From NCBI GenBank assembly GCA_963749915.1, contig CAVVOP010000011.1, positions 23,360 through 87,359 on the forward strand: DNA of 64,000 nt, given 5' to 3'. The notes beneath the pieces are model-generated. The model ran no database searches, was not told where the DNA came from, and saw only the letters and a list, made by a program, of their open reading frames with translations. This document shows positions 31,468-41,456 of this stretch, in pieces. The position numbers and the translations under genes were made by a program. This DNA is from an uncultured cyanobacterium (lineage in GTDB: Bacteria > Cyanobacteriota > Cyanobacteriia > Cyanobacteriales > Cyanobacteriaceae). Every line of letters starts with the position of its first letter. Within the stretch, counting starts at the first letter, position 1.

Positions 31468-32451
31468 TCAGAGAGTCCTCGGATCTCGAAAAAGAGGACT
31501 ATATACTTTCATTGTTAATTGTTGACAATCTAACTTGATTTGTCGTTTAAGATCATCTAAAGAAGAAAATTTTTGTTCAGGGCGCAGGAATTTAACCAGT
31601 TTAACCCTTAAAATTTGATTATATAAGTCTCCTTCCCAATCCAGTAAATGAATTTCTATGGATATATTTTTACCGTCAATAGTGGGGCGTGTACCGATAT
31701 TCATTATCCCTTGTAAATTAGATAATAAATCATTATTTTCTACATCAACTTTAACACCATAAACTCCTTTCTTCGGTAAAAACTTTTCAGGAGGGATAGT
31801 TAAATTAGCTGTAGGAAAACCGATTTTTCTTCCTAATTTTTGGCCTTCTATTACCTTTCCAATAATTTGATATTGCCTACCTAACATTTCACTGGCTAAC
31901 TCGGGTTTTCCGTTACTTAAATTTTGACGAATATATGAACTACTAATTCTCATGGATTCTCTTTCTTTGGTTAAATTTTGTTCTTTAGTAATACTTACTT
32001 TCACGTTATATTTATTAGCTAATGATTGTAAATATTCAGCATTTCCTTGTCTTTGATAACCAAAACGAAAATCTTCGCCCACGCTGATCAAATTGGCTTT
32101 AATTTGTTTAATTAGTATGTCTTTTATAAATTTTTCTGCACTTAAATGGGCTAATTCTCGATCGAAAGGTAATAATATTAATTGTTTAACCCCTAATTTT
32201 TCTAAAATTTGGCATTTTTCGGGAATAGGGGTAAGAAGTTGTTTTTTTGTGCCTGTAAAAAATTCCTCGGGATGAGGAATAAATGTAACTAAAGATGGTG
32301 TTAAATTTTGATAATTAAAAATGGTTTGAATTACTTGTTGATGCCCTTTATGTATGCCGTCAAAGTTTCCTAATGCTACTGCACAAGGATAATTTATATT
32401 TACGATGGGGGGTAAAATATTTCCTACCGATACGGTAATAATCTTCAACAC
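31468..32451 (-). CDS. ribF: bifunctional riboflavin kinase / FAD synthetase
   Basis: GNFDGIHKGH, ISSSYIR, GFPTAN, NIGTRPT. Confidence 0.95.
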   Translation of the reverse strand: MLKIITVSVGNILPPIVNINYPCAVALGNFDGIHKGHQQVIQTIFNYQNLTPSLVTFIPHPEEFFTGTKKQLLTPIPEKCQILEKLGVKQLILLPFDRELAHLSAEKFIKDILIKQIKANLISVGEDFRFGYQRQGNAEYLQSLANKYNVKVSITKEQNLTKERESMRISSSYIRQNLSNGKPELASEMLGRQYQIIGKVIEGQKLGRKIGFPTANLTIPPEKFLPKKGVYGVKVDVENNDLLSNLQGIMNIGTRPTIDGKNISIEIHLLDWEGDLYNQILRVKLVKFLRPEQKFSSLDDLKRQIKLDCQQLTMKVYSPLFRDPRTL

Positions 32452-32558
32452 AATTAATGATTAATGGGATTTTTGGTATTTATATTTGTCCGAAAAATTT
32501 GTTAAATTAAGTGAACATTCTACTACACTTTCAGGGATGGAATCTTATCCAGTATAAA

Positions 32559-33668
32559 TTATCGGAAAATTTGTTGATGGTGGGAATATTTCAACAAGAG
32601 ATTTTTGTCAACTTCTACCCCAATACCTGACTTTGTTGGCACATTTATTGTCGAATCTTCTGAGTTGAGATAAAAGGCTGGTTGCGTTATATCTTCCCGA
32701 AAATAGCGATTAGTAGCGGAAATATCGGCTGGTAAGACAAAATTGCCCAAACTAGCTAAGTGTAAATTCGTTGCTCTACCAATGCCTGATTCTAACATCC
32801 CTCCGCACCACAATTTAATCCCCATTTTTTCACATAAATCGTGAATGTCTAAGGCGTTTGTTATACCCCCAACTCTCGAAACTTTTAAATTGATTACTTG
32901 GGCAGATTTTAACGCGATCGCCATTCTGGTATCGTGGAGGGAATTAATACTTTCATCGAGACAAATTGGGGTATTAATTTGAGTTTGTAATAAAGCATGA
33001 TCCAATAAATCATCATAAGCCAAAGGTTGCTCAATCATGATTAAATTTAAGTCATCCATCCTCCGAAATAAAGCCACATCATCGAGGGTAAAAGTCGAGT
33101 TAGCATCCGCCATCAAAGATAAATTAGGATATTTTTTCCTTACTTCCCGTAAAGGTTTTAAATTCCAGTCAGGTGCAATTTTTAATTTTAGCCGTTGATA
33201 ACCTTGATTAACGTAATTTTCAACTGTGTTTAATAATTTACGTAGATCTCCTTGTAAAGAAACACTAACTCCTACTTTTATTCTCTTTTTAACACCACCT
33301 AAAAATTGACTAAATGGAACTTTTTTTTTCTTAGCAAATAAATCCCATACTGCACATTCTAAAGCGGATTTAGCCATATTATGTCCCCGAATTGGTTCTA
33401 ATAAATTTCTTGTTTCTCTGGGAGAATTAATATTTTTACCGACAATTCTGGGGATTAAACAATTTTTTAAAATATGATTAGCGGTGTGGATAGTTTCGTA
33501 AGTATAATAAGGATTTTCAAAAGTAGGACATTCTCCCCAACCTGTTAAACCATCACTTTTCACCGCCAAAATTAAACAAGTATGAGCTAATAATTCACCG
33601 TTAGCGAATTTGAAAGGAAAAATAAAGGGAATAGAAAGATTATAAAGCTCAATTTGCTCAATTTTCAT
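32559..33668 (-). CDS. menC: o-succinylbenzoate synthase / N-succinylamino acid racemase (enolase superfamily)
   Basis: KLK, DAN, EQP, DES, NLK, CGGMLESGIG, DISA motifs. Confidence 0.75.
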   Translation of the reverse strand: MKIEQIELYNLSIPFIFPFKFANGELLAHTCLILAVKSDGLTGWGECPTFENPYYTYETIHTANHILKNCLIPRIVGKNINSPRETRNLLEPIRGHNMAKSALECAVWDLFAKKKKVPFSQFLGGVKKRIKVGVSVSLQGDLRKLLNTVENYVNQGYQRLKLKIAPDWNLKPLREVRKKYPNLSLMADANSTFTLDDVALFRRMDDLNLIMIEQPLAYDDLLDHALLQTQINTPICLDESINSLHDTRMAIALKSAQVINLKVSRVGGITNALDIHDLCEKMGIKLWCGGMLESGIGRATNLHLASLGNFVLPADISATNRYFREDITQPAFYLNSEDSTINVPTKSGIGVEVDKNLLLKYSHHQQIFR

Positions 33669-33955
33669 GGTTTAGGTTTTGAAACAAATTGAAAAACAAT
33701 ATAAAAAATAACCCCTAAAATAACAAGGCTAAAAGTCAATTGTACGATAGATAAAACAGTCCTTAACACAGAAAAAGCGATCATTAAACCAAACACCCCG
33801 ACAACGACCTTACCCGCAGAAGGTAAAGTCGCAAACCAATTTTTGACAGACTTGACAAAACTAGTAAATGCTTCAGGTTTAACGGAAGTTGAGTTATAGA
33901 TTTCCGCTTCTAATTGTTCCAATTTTTTTCTATTATTGTATTCTGAATCTGACAT
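33665..33955 (-). CDS. small membrane protein
   Basis: N-terminal coiled segment and C-terminal TM hairpin; stop overlaps the menC start (ATGA). Confidence 0.75.
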   Translation of the reverse strand: MSDSEYNNRKKLEQLEAEIYNSTSVKPEAFTSFVKSVKNWFATLPSAGKVVVGVFGLMIAFSVLRTVLSIVQLTFSLVILGVIFYIVFQFVSKPKP

Positions 33956-33984
33956 AATATTTAATATTTAATAGTTAATAGTTA

Positions 33985-36114
33985 TTAATTGTTAATTGCT
34001 TCATCTGTCCAAGGAGAAAAATTCACATCTTCTGATTGTCCCATAGGTGGATCAATTTCATCAATAGTTGATGATGTATCTTCAGGGGAAGAAGTCTCTG
34101 AATTAATATCAGGCTGATAGTTAAAATCAGTGGTTAATTGGGTATTATTATTAGCCGGTTGATTAGACTGTAATAAGCCTTTTATTTGAGTGAGAATATT
34201 ACCTAATTTACCCTCATCTAATAGGGTGTTAATTAACGATAAACCGCTAGTAGAAAGCAATAATTTATTAATATCATTCGAGTTATTGGTACCATTACCA
34301 TTTCCCCCTGGAAAAGCGTAAATTCGTGCGTCTCCCAAAACTCCGGGTTGCGGTGCCAAAGATTTGACAATTTCAGGCAATTGAGGGGCAATTATAGGGA
34401 AAATGAATTTTATGAGGTCAGCGGTTCGATTCGAGTTATTAAGGTTGTTTTCCGATTGTATAACAGCTAATTTACCTTGGGCTTCGGCCAATAATCGATA
34501 CTTCTCAGCATCGGCTAAAGTACGAATAGATTCAGCTTCTAATTCTGCCGCTTGGCGGGCAATTTCCGCTTGACGGCGACGACGGAAAACATTGATTTCG
34601 ACTACGTTTTGATCGGTAATACGTTTTTCTGCCGCTTCTCTTTCCGCTACGATTAAGCTTAATTGTTTCTCTCTTTCGGCATTTTCCACCTGACGTGCGG
34701 TATTAACTCCTTCTTCAGCTTTGGCTTTTTCCGCTTCGGCGGCAAATCTTTCTTTTTCTTTCTTGGCAATGGAAATGGAGGCCTCTTGTTGGGCAATTTG
34801 GGATTCTTGATCCGCCTCGGTGACGGCAATTTGAGCTAATAAACGAGAGGCTTCTACCGTGCGCTGACGATCGATTTCGGCAACTTCTGACTCTTGTGCC
34901 TGTAAAATTTGAGCAATTCTGAACTGTTTATTGCGTTCTTCTAAAGATATATTAGCTTCAATTTGACTTTCTTGTACGGCTAATTGTTGCTTAATTCTTT
35001 CTTCTTCAATGGCTTGTTGTTGTAGGATTTTATTCCGTTCAATTTTAGCCTGTTCTTGATCTCTAGCCTCTTGAACTTCTCTTTCCCGTTGAACTTTCAG
35101 AAATTCAATTTCTTTCATTTGAGTTAATTTTGCCTCTTCCTTTTCTTTATTAATAGTTAAAGACTGTTTTTCTGCCTCTAATTCTTGTTGTTGAATAGCG
35201 ACTTGAGTACTGAGTTCAATTTCTCTTTTTTCCCGTTGAGTATCCAGTTCCACATCTAATTTTTGTTTGATGGATTTTTGGATGGTTTCTGTGCGTAAAC
35301 GAACCCCCTGAGCATCAAAAAAGTTATTTTCGTCGTAGGTATCGCTTTCTTCAATTTCGGAAATAGCAATATTATTTAAGGTCAAACCAACCTTTCTTAA
35401 ATCTTGTTGAATTAAGTTTAAAACTTCTTCTGCAAAACCCAATTTATCGGAGTCAATTTCTGCAATACTTTTCTTTTTCGCCGCAGCCCGAATCGCATCA
35501 TCGGCTCTTTTTTCTAAAGCATCTTTTATATCTTCTGCAGAAATTTTACCTTGTTTAGATAATCGTTGAGCAGCCGTTAAAACTGCATCTTTATCCGCAC
35601 TAATGCACACATAAAATGTCACTCTCATATTAGCCCTTAAATAGTCTCTAGTTCTAACGGCTAAATTGCCTTGTCTGACTACATCGATGGAGATTTCCCT
35701 TAAGGGTACGCGGGTTAATTCATGGATGCCAGGAATGACTATACAACCCCCGTTAAGAATGACTTTTTTTTCTTTAGTAAATAAACCGCCATTGCGCACA
35801 AAAGCCTCGTTATTAGGGGTAACAACATAAACTCTTGTATAACCCCATATGGAGAGTAACCCCAGTAAAACTAATGCCCCAATTAACCCTCCAAAAAAGC
35901 TCATATTTCCTAAATTTAATTGAGCCATAACGGGGGAAGATGTAAGGGGCATTTCTGCCATCGTTGAAGTAAAAATATTAGTATCATTTTGAGCCAAATT
36001 TTGATCGTATTGAATATGTTGATTTTGCTTAAATTGCTCTAAATTACTAATAGGTAAAGATTGAATAAATAGTAACCAAAATTTCATTTTTTTACTCCTA
36101 AATATATACATCAT
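33985..36114 (-). CDS. flotillin / SPFH (YqiK-like) protein
   Basis: TM + SPFH domain (NFFDAQG) + long EA-rich coiled coil; start may be 36087. Confidence 0.88.
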   Translation of the reverse strand: MMYIFRSKKMKFWLLFIQSLPISNLEQFKQNQHIQYDQNLAQNDTNIFTSTMAEMPLTSSPVMAQLNLGNMSFFGGLIGALVLLGLLSIWGYTRVYVVTPNNEAFVRNGGLFTKEKKVILNGGCIVIPGIHELTRVPLREISIDVVRQGNLAVRTRDYLRANMRVTFYVCISADKDAVLTAAQRLSKQGKISAEDIKDALEKRADDAIRAAAKKKSIAEIDSDKLGFAEEVLNLIQQDLRKVGLTLNNIAISEIEESDTYDENNFFDAQGVRLRTETIQKSIKQKLDVELDTQREKREIELSTQVAIQQQELEAEKQSLTINKEKEEAKLTQMKEIEFLKVQREREVQEARDQEQAKIERNKILQQQAIEEERIKQQLAVQESQIEANISLEERNKQFRIAQILQAQESEVAEIDRQRTVEASRLLAQIAVTEADQESQIAQQEASISIAKKEKERFAAEAEKAKAEEGVNTARQVENAEREKQLSLIVAEREAAEKRITDQNVVEINVFRRRRQAEIARQAAELEAESIRTLADAEKYRLLAEAQGKLAVIQSENNLNNSNRTADLIKFIFPIIAPQLPEIVKSLAPQPGVLGDARIYAFPGGNGNGTNNSNDINKLLLSTSGLSLINTLLDEGKLGNILTQIKGLLQSNQPANNNTQLTTDFNYQPDINSETSSPEDTSSTIDEIDPPMGQSEDVNFSPWTDEAINN

Positions 36115-36172
36115 TCAGCATCTAAATCCGCAAATTTGGGGACTTGACTTTGAATTTTTTTCAACGGGGAAC

Positions 36173-36907
36173 TCATTGTGAATTGTTCATTGAATTAAGC
36201 CATTTATCTTGATCAGAACTATCCTTGGCGATGGCAATAAAGCAATGTTTTTGATGATCGATAATTAAAACTTCTTGTCCTCGATGGGGTATAACTTTTG
36301 CCCAGTCAGGCAAACAAACTTCAATAGTAACTAAATTACTGGCGTTATCCAGAACATCCGCTTGGGCGATTCTACCTTCAATAAGATAAGGCACTTGTTT
36401 AGATGTTACAGAACCAATACAACCAATTAAGCGATCGCCCTCGGTTTCTTCCCCAAAATTAGCAAAAATTTTACCGATAGGCTTAGAAAGCAACCTACCG
36501 ATGTAAATACTGAATAAGAAGGAAACGAAGAAAATTAAACTAGCGATGAAACCATCAGGAATAGCACCCAAAAAACCCCCCGCCGCTACATTTAGAAACC
36601 AACCTGACACCCCCCAAGTGGAAAAATCAATAGCTAATAAGATTAAAAGAGGACATTTTCCTACCCCAAACCAGGATAAAAAGGACAAAAAATCGAGATT
36701 TTCGTCCCCGTCAGCATCTATATCAGCATCGAGATTTGCTTCTGCTTCTAAATCACTATCGATATCTGCGTCTAAATCAGCATCCAAATCCATATCAGTG
36801 TCTAAATCATGATCCTCCTCCCCACCAGAGACAATAACGAGGAGAAAGAAAAAAACACCGATACCCAGAAAAATCCAATAGGTTAAATTTGCCGTGTCAA
36901 AAAGCAT
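36173..36907 (-). CDS. YqiJ/NfeD-like membrane protein with OB fold
   Basis: TM, acidic D-x-D repeat, LSWFGVGKCPL, C-terminal OB-like domain; directly upstream of flotillin. Confidence 0.82.
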   Translation of the reverse strand: MLFDTANLTYWIFLGIGVFFFLLVIVSGGEEDHDLDTDMDLDADLDADIDSDLEAEANLDADIDADGDENLDFLSFLSWFGVGKCPLLILLAIDFSTWGVSGWFLNVAAGGFLGAIPDGFIASLIFFVSFLFSIYIGRLLSKPIGKIFANFGEETEGDRLIGCIGSVTSKQVPYLIEGRIAQADVLDNASNLVTIEVCLPDWAKVIPHRGQEVLIIDHQKHCFIAIAKDSSDQDKWLNSMNNSQ

Positions 36908-37165
36908 TTTTGTGATTAAAAACTGATCAAAGAAGTTAAATAGCCCTTATTTATTAGCTTACTCTGAAGATCAAGGAAAGATCCAAAATGTAAAGAAAAT
37001 CTTTATATAAATCAAGAGATCAATTATTCTCAGAAAGGGAATTTAACTGGTAAATCAACTCTAAATTTCATTTGATGTGTTATCGTAGGAAACCGTAAAC
37101 TAAAATAGTCGTCTTGATTAAACATCACCACTAAAAATTAATATCGTTAATATCTTTAAACAATT

Positions 37166-37930
37166 ATGTTGAAAAAAAAATCTTTATTAAATAAGGTCAA
37201 AAATGCCAGTTTAGTTGGAGCGGCAGTTCTTGGTTGCTGGTTAACGCAAACCACGAAATTATTAGCATTGCCCCAAGAAGTAATCTTAGAAAAACTCAAA
37301 CCTATTCCCGTATTCACCATCGCTGATAGTAAAGGTGCACCGTTGATTGCTTCTAATGATCAAGACGGCAAAGTAGCAGGAGTTTTTATTAGTAAAGAAG
37401 ATGCTAATAGTTTTGTGCAAAAACTTAAACAAGATAATCCTGAATTAGGCAAAGAAGTACAGGTTATCCCCGTATCTTTAGGAGAAATTTTTGAGTTAGC
37501 CGAGGCCAACGCTAAAGAAAAAGATGGTGTAAATTTTGCTTATGTGCCTTCAAAAACACAGGTAGATCAAGCCAAAAAGCTCAATGAGCAATATAAAGCT
37601 GGAGTGCCCCTATTTGTCGCTAAAGCTGGGGAGGATCAGGGTTATTTAACCATCAAACAAAATGATCAAGAAGTAATACCATTCTTTTTCGATCAGCAAC
37701 AAGTAGAACAATTAGTCGAAAGTTTTAAAAAGGCTCAACCTGATTTAGCCTCTAGCATCAAAATCGAAGTAGTTATTTTAGAAGGGGTCTTAGAGGCATT
37801 AAAAGAAGGAAAAGATGAAATGCTTACTAAAATTGTGCTCTGGCCTTCCAAAGAATCCATCGATTTTCTTCGTGACAATGCACCTAACAAAGATGAGGCA
37901 CCTAAAAAAGACGATGCACCTAAAAAATAA
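37166..37930 (+). CDS. Tic22 family periplasmic chaperone
   Basis: Signal peptide; KLKPIPVFTIAD..GAPL; GVPLF; IPFFF. Confidence 0.88.
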   Translation: MLKKKSLLNKVKNASLVGAAVLGCWLTQTTKLLALPQEVILEKLKPIPVFTIADSKGAPLIASNDQDGKVAGVFISKEDANSFVQKLKQDNPELGKEVQVIPVSLGEIFELAEANAKEKDGVNFAYVPSKTQVDQAKKLNEQYKAGVPLFVAKAGEDQGYLTIKQNDQEVIPFFFDQQQVEQLVESFKKAQPDLASSIKIEVVILEGVLEALKEGKDEMLTKIVLWPSKESIDFLRDNAPNKDEAPKKDDAPKK

Positions 37931-37967
37931 TTAGAGTTCGCACTCGAGGTTACGATTAGATTAAGTC

Positions 37968-39107
37968 TCAATTCTTTCCGTACCAAAGAGACTCGATTTT
38001 TTCTACCATTAATCTTCCCTGTTGATAAATCTTTTCTGGGTTATTTTCGGTTAACAATACCGTCACATGACCCAGTTTTCTGCCGACACGAGATTCTGAT
38101 TTACCATACCAGTAAACAAAAGCTCCTAAACTCTCGATTTTTTCTCTTTTTTTTAAATAATCGTTATTTACTGATTCATAACCCAATAAATTTACCATTA
38201 CTGCCCCGGAAGTTTTTAAGTCTATATTCCCTAAAGGTTTATCGGCGATCGCTTGTAATTGCAGAGCAAATTGAGAAGTATCACAGGCATCAAGGGTATA
38301 ATGTCCCGAATTATGGGTACGAGGTGCGGTTTCATTGACTAAAATTTCTCCGTTTTTTGTCAAAAATAGCTCGATAGCTAACACCCCCACATAATCTAAA
38401 GCTATCAAAAGTTTTTCGGCCATCGCCTGAATTTGGGTAATTTGACCTGGAGTTAACAAAGCAGGGGCGATGACCCAACGACACACTTGATTTTCTTGAT
38501 AAGTTTCCACCACCGGATATATTTTGATTTCCCCAGAAACGCCACGAGCGGCTACAATAGCTAATTCTCGCTCAAAAGGGATAAATTCTTCAATTAAGAG
38601 AGAAATACCTTCAAATGTTGGCAAAACCGCTGTTAATTCCCGGGAAGAATTGACGATAATTGTGCCTTGCCCATCATAACCATGACGACGGACTTTTAAC
38701 ACTAAGGGAAAGGAAAAAGAATCAAAATCAGAAAGAGAATTATAAGCGTGAAAATGAGGCACAGGAAAACCGTGATTTTGTAAAAAACACCGTTGTTCAT
38801 ATTTATCCAGCAAAGGGGATAAACTAGAAAGACGAGGATAAAAACAAACTCCGGCCTCTGCTAATTTTTGTAATTCATCTAAATTGACAAATTCATTCTC
38901 AAAAGTAATCACATCAGAATCTTGAGCCAATTGAATTGTGGCGATCGCATCGTCAATAGGGGCCAAAATGGCTTTCGTAGCTAAACTAACAGCCGAATCA
39001 GAATGACTAGGAGTTTGTACCAATAAATCAATATTTTCTGATGGTGCAACTTGTGCCATCATCCACGCTAATTGACCACCGCCTATCACCCCAATTTTTT
39101 TTCTCAT
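37968..39107 (-). CDS. purK: N5-carboxyaminoimidazole ribonucleotide synthase
   Basis: GGGQLA, GYDGQG, APRTHNSGH, GRKLGH. Confidence 0.95.
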   Translation of the reverse strand: MRKKIGVIGGGQLAWMMAQVAPSENIDLLVQTPSHSDSAVSLATKAILAPIDDAIATIQLAQDSDVITFENEFVNLDELQKLAEAGVCFYPRLSSLSPLLDKYEQRCFLQNHGFPVPHFHAYNSLSDFDSFSFPLVLKVRRHGYDGQGTIIVNSSRELTAVLPTFEGISLLIEEFIPFERELAIVAARGVSGEIKIYPVVETYQENQVCRWVIAPALLTPGQITQIQAMAEKLLIALDYVGVLAIELFLTKNGEILVNETAPRTHNSGHYTLDACDTSQFALQLQAIADKPLGNIDLKTSGAVMVNLLGYESVNNDYLKKREKIESLGAFVYWYGKSESRVGRKLGHVTVLLTENNPEKIYQQGRLMVEKIESLWYGKN

Positions 39108-39156
39108 TTCTGCATTGTTTCTTACTTATTGCTTTACTATTGCCAATTGTTAATTG

Positions 39157-39969
39157 TTAGTTACCGTCCAGGGTTAAAAACTTTTCTAAAGCTACAATCA
39201 TATTAGGAGGCCAACGTCTTACTTGCCTTAACCACTCCACATCCCGATAACGACTGTCGATGCCAATGGTAGCCACCCAATTACTCTCAGCCTCCCCTTG
39301 TTTGCCATTTTCCCATAACACTGCCGTTAAGGCCGCACGCATATCGGGAAACATGGGATATTTACGCACGAGGTTACGCATTTTCCTCAAGGCTTCGTCT
39401 TTTTTACCCAACTGATATAAGGCTAAAGACTCATTCGCCCCCGCAAAGGCAAAGTTGGGTGATAATTCTGTGGCTTTATGATAATATTCCACCGCCGTTT
39501 GCCAATCTTTTAGTCCGGCTTTGGCATTACCTAAGTTGTTATAAGCCATGGCGTCTTGTGGATCTAATGCTAACACTTGTTCATAATCGGCGATCGCCTT
39601 TTTGTATTCTCTTAAGCCTTCATAAGCAGTGCCTCGATTGAGATAAGGATCTGGTGCGGTAGGTGCAAGTTTAATCGACTCATTATAGTCAGCAATGGCA
39701 TCTTCTAATTTATTTTGACTGACCCTCACATTACCACGATTACTCCAGACGGCAGGGTTAGTGGGAAATTCCTCAATTAATTGAGTCCAATATTTTTCTG
39801 CTTCTATAAAATCACCTTTTTCCGTTGCCTTTAAGGCTTCAATGGCGATGTTTTCTCCTTCTTGTAATTGTGTTTCGGTGAAAGAAGTATTGGTAATATC
39901 TTCGGCGATGGTGGGAGTATTAAAAAAACACAGACAAAAAAGTACGGTGACAATAATTAGTCTTAACAT
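39157..39969 (-). CDS. tetratricopeptide repeat protein
   Basis: Signal peptide and several TPRs (NRG..., NNLG...). Confidence 0.88.
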   Translation of the reverse strand: MLRLIIVTVLFCLCFFNTPTIAEDITNTSFTETQLQEGENIAIEALKATEKGDFIEAEKYWTQLIEEFPTNPAVWSNRGNVRVSQNKLEDAIADYNESIKLAPTAPDPYLNRGTAYEGLREYKKAIADYEQVLALDPQDAMAYNNLGNAKAGLKDWQTAVEYYHKATELSPNFAFAGANESLALYQLGKKDEALRKMRNLVRKYPMFPDMRAALTAVLWENGKQGEAESNWVATIGIDSRYRDVEWLRQVRRWPPNMIVALEKFLTLDGN

Positions 39970-40168
39970 AATAATTTAGCTGATAGTAAATAGGGAACAA
40001 ATCAAAATCGGCATAAAACACCGAAAAAAAGCATTCTCCGATTTTAACCTAAGTTCCTATTTTTTCTTTAATGCTTCCCACTATGGGAATGATCGGTTTT
40101 GCCATTGATTTATGGATATTTGCAATTGTCCCCCCGTAATGGTGCAATCGAATAAATCCGACAATAAT

Positions 40169-41224
40169 TCACTTAATCCCTCTTGGGGACAGAGCGTTAA
40201 TTCTTGCAACAGAGAAATTCACAGCCTTTTCTAAACTTAAAGAAATCAGCAGAAAAATCGGGAAGAGGCCAACTACAACTAAACCTCCCAATGGAGATCC
40301 TTTTTCTAAGTAACCCATTTTTGTGAGGAGGAAGTAGTACGACATATGGAATAAATATATGGAAAATGAATTAATTCCTATAAAGTTAATCAGCTTCAGG
40401 GGAAGCATATTAGCCGAAATAAAACTTCCCATAGCATAGACACAAAGTACAAGCAGTAACAATAACCCCCCAAATAGAGGTAACCGTGGCACAATTTTCT
40501 CCATAAAAATATAGGTAAGCGTCACAAAGACTAAGATGAAGAATAGGGAATAACGCAGTTTGCTAGAAACCTTACTAGCAAAAGTTCTCTGTTTATCAAC
40601 AAGATCAAATTTGTGAATGCACATTCCGATAAAGAACAAATAAATGTTGAGGAAATATATACCTAGATAAGGTTCCTTGGATAACCGAAGGAATTCAAAT
40701 ATGAAACTGAAAGTTGAGCTGTATGAACTAAGAACAATTGATGTTCCAAACAGGACTGTGGTTATTAAGAATGTTCTAAAGACGTTAACATTGACAAAGA
40801 AGGCTAGAAATGGTGCAACCAAGTAGCACTCTAGGATAGAAGCAATAAACCAGTAGTGTCCTTTTGGTTCAAAACCTAGGAACGAAAAAACTGGATAGCT
40901 TGAAGAAACTATTATTCCTTGTATTAGTAAAGCTAGCCAAAACAAGGGTAATATTTTACATAATCTTCCATAGTAAAAGTTTATAATTTGTTTGTGATCC
41001 AAATCTTTTCCCCATCGCTTTGTTAATGAAATGAATATACCATAACCACTTAAAAGGAAAAAAATTGATACTAGGACATTAGCAAATCCTCCAATTCCGA
41101 AGTCAGTATAATGATTCAAATAGTGGTTAACAAGTACGGTCAGTATTGTAATTCCTTTCAAAATATTGCTTGCTTCTCTGATTGAATTCCTCTCGGAGTT
41201 TTTCATGGGTTTTTTTGGGTTCAT
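40169..41224 (-). CDS. acyltransferase family 3 (OafA-like O-acetyltransferase)
   Basis: LKG..IL.V..NH, FFLLSGYG, HYWFI, SFSIYLFH; multi-TM. Confidence 0.85.
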   Translation of the reverse strand: MNPKKPMKNSERNSIREASNILKGITILTVLVNHYLNHYTDFGIGGFANVLVSIFFLLSGYGIFISLTKRWGKDLDHKQIINFYYGRLCKILPLFWLALLIQGIIVSSSYPVFSFLGFEPKGHYWFIASILECYLVAPFLAFFVNVNVFRTFLITTVLFGTSIVLSSYSSTFSFIFEFLRLSKEPYLGIYFLNIYLFFIGMCIHKFDLVDKQRTFASKVSSKLRYSLFFILVFVTLTYIFMEKIVPRLPLFGGLLLLLVLCVYAMGSFISANMLPLKLINFIGINSFSIYLFHMSYYFLLTKMGYLEKGSPLGGLVVVGLFPIFLLISLSLEKAVNFSVARINALSPRGIK

Positions 41225-41456
41225 TTACAACAATACCTTCGCCAAAATGAGTAAAGAAAATTAAACTTGAAGTCAAGAGAGCTGGTAATTAAACATTTTT
41301 TTGATTAAGTACCAAGTGCATATTAACTTAAATTCTAGTGTTTCTTGAAAGAATAATTGATAATTTTGTTAATTATTCAATGTCCTTTATGATTAAATAC
41401 GGCTATGATTAAATACGGCAAAACATCAATCAATATTTAAACTTGATATTCTAACT

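Noticed and set aside
36710..36815. 12-bp-periodic DNA repeat
   Set aside because: Encodes the acidic D-x-D-A linker usual in YqiJ-like proteins
37874..37927. 18-bp triple repeat at the Tic22 3' end
   Set aside because: Low-complexity coding tail (DNAPNK DEAPKK DDAPKK)
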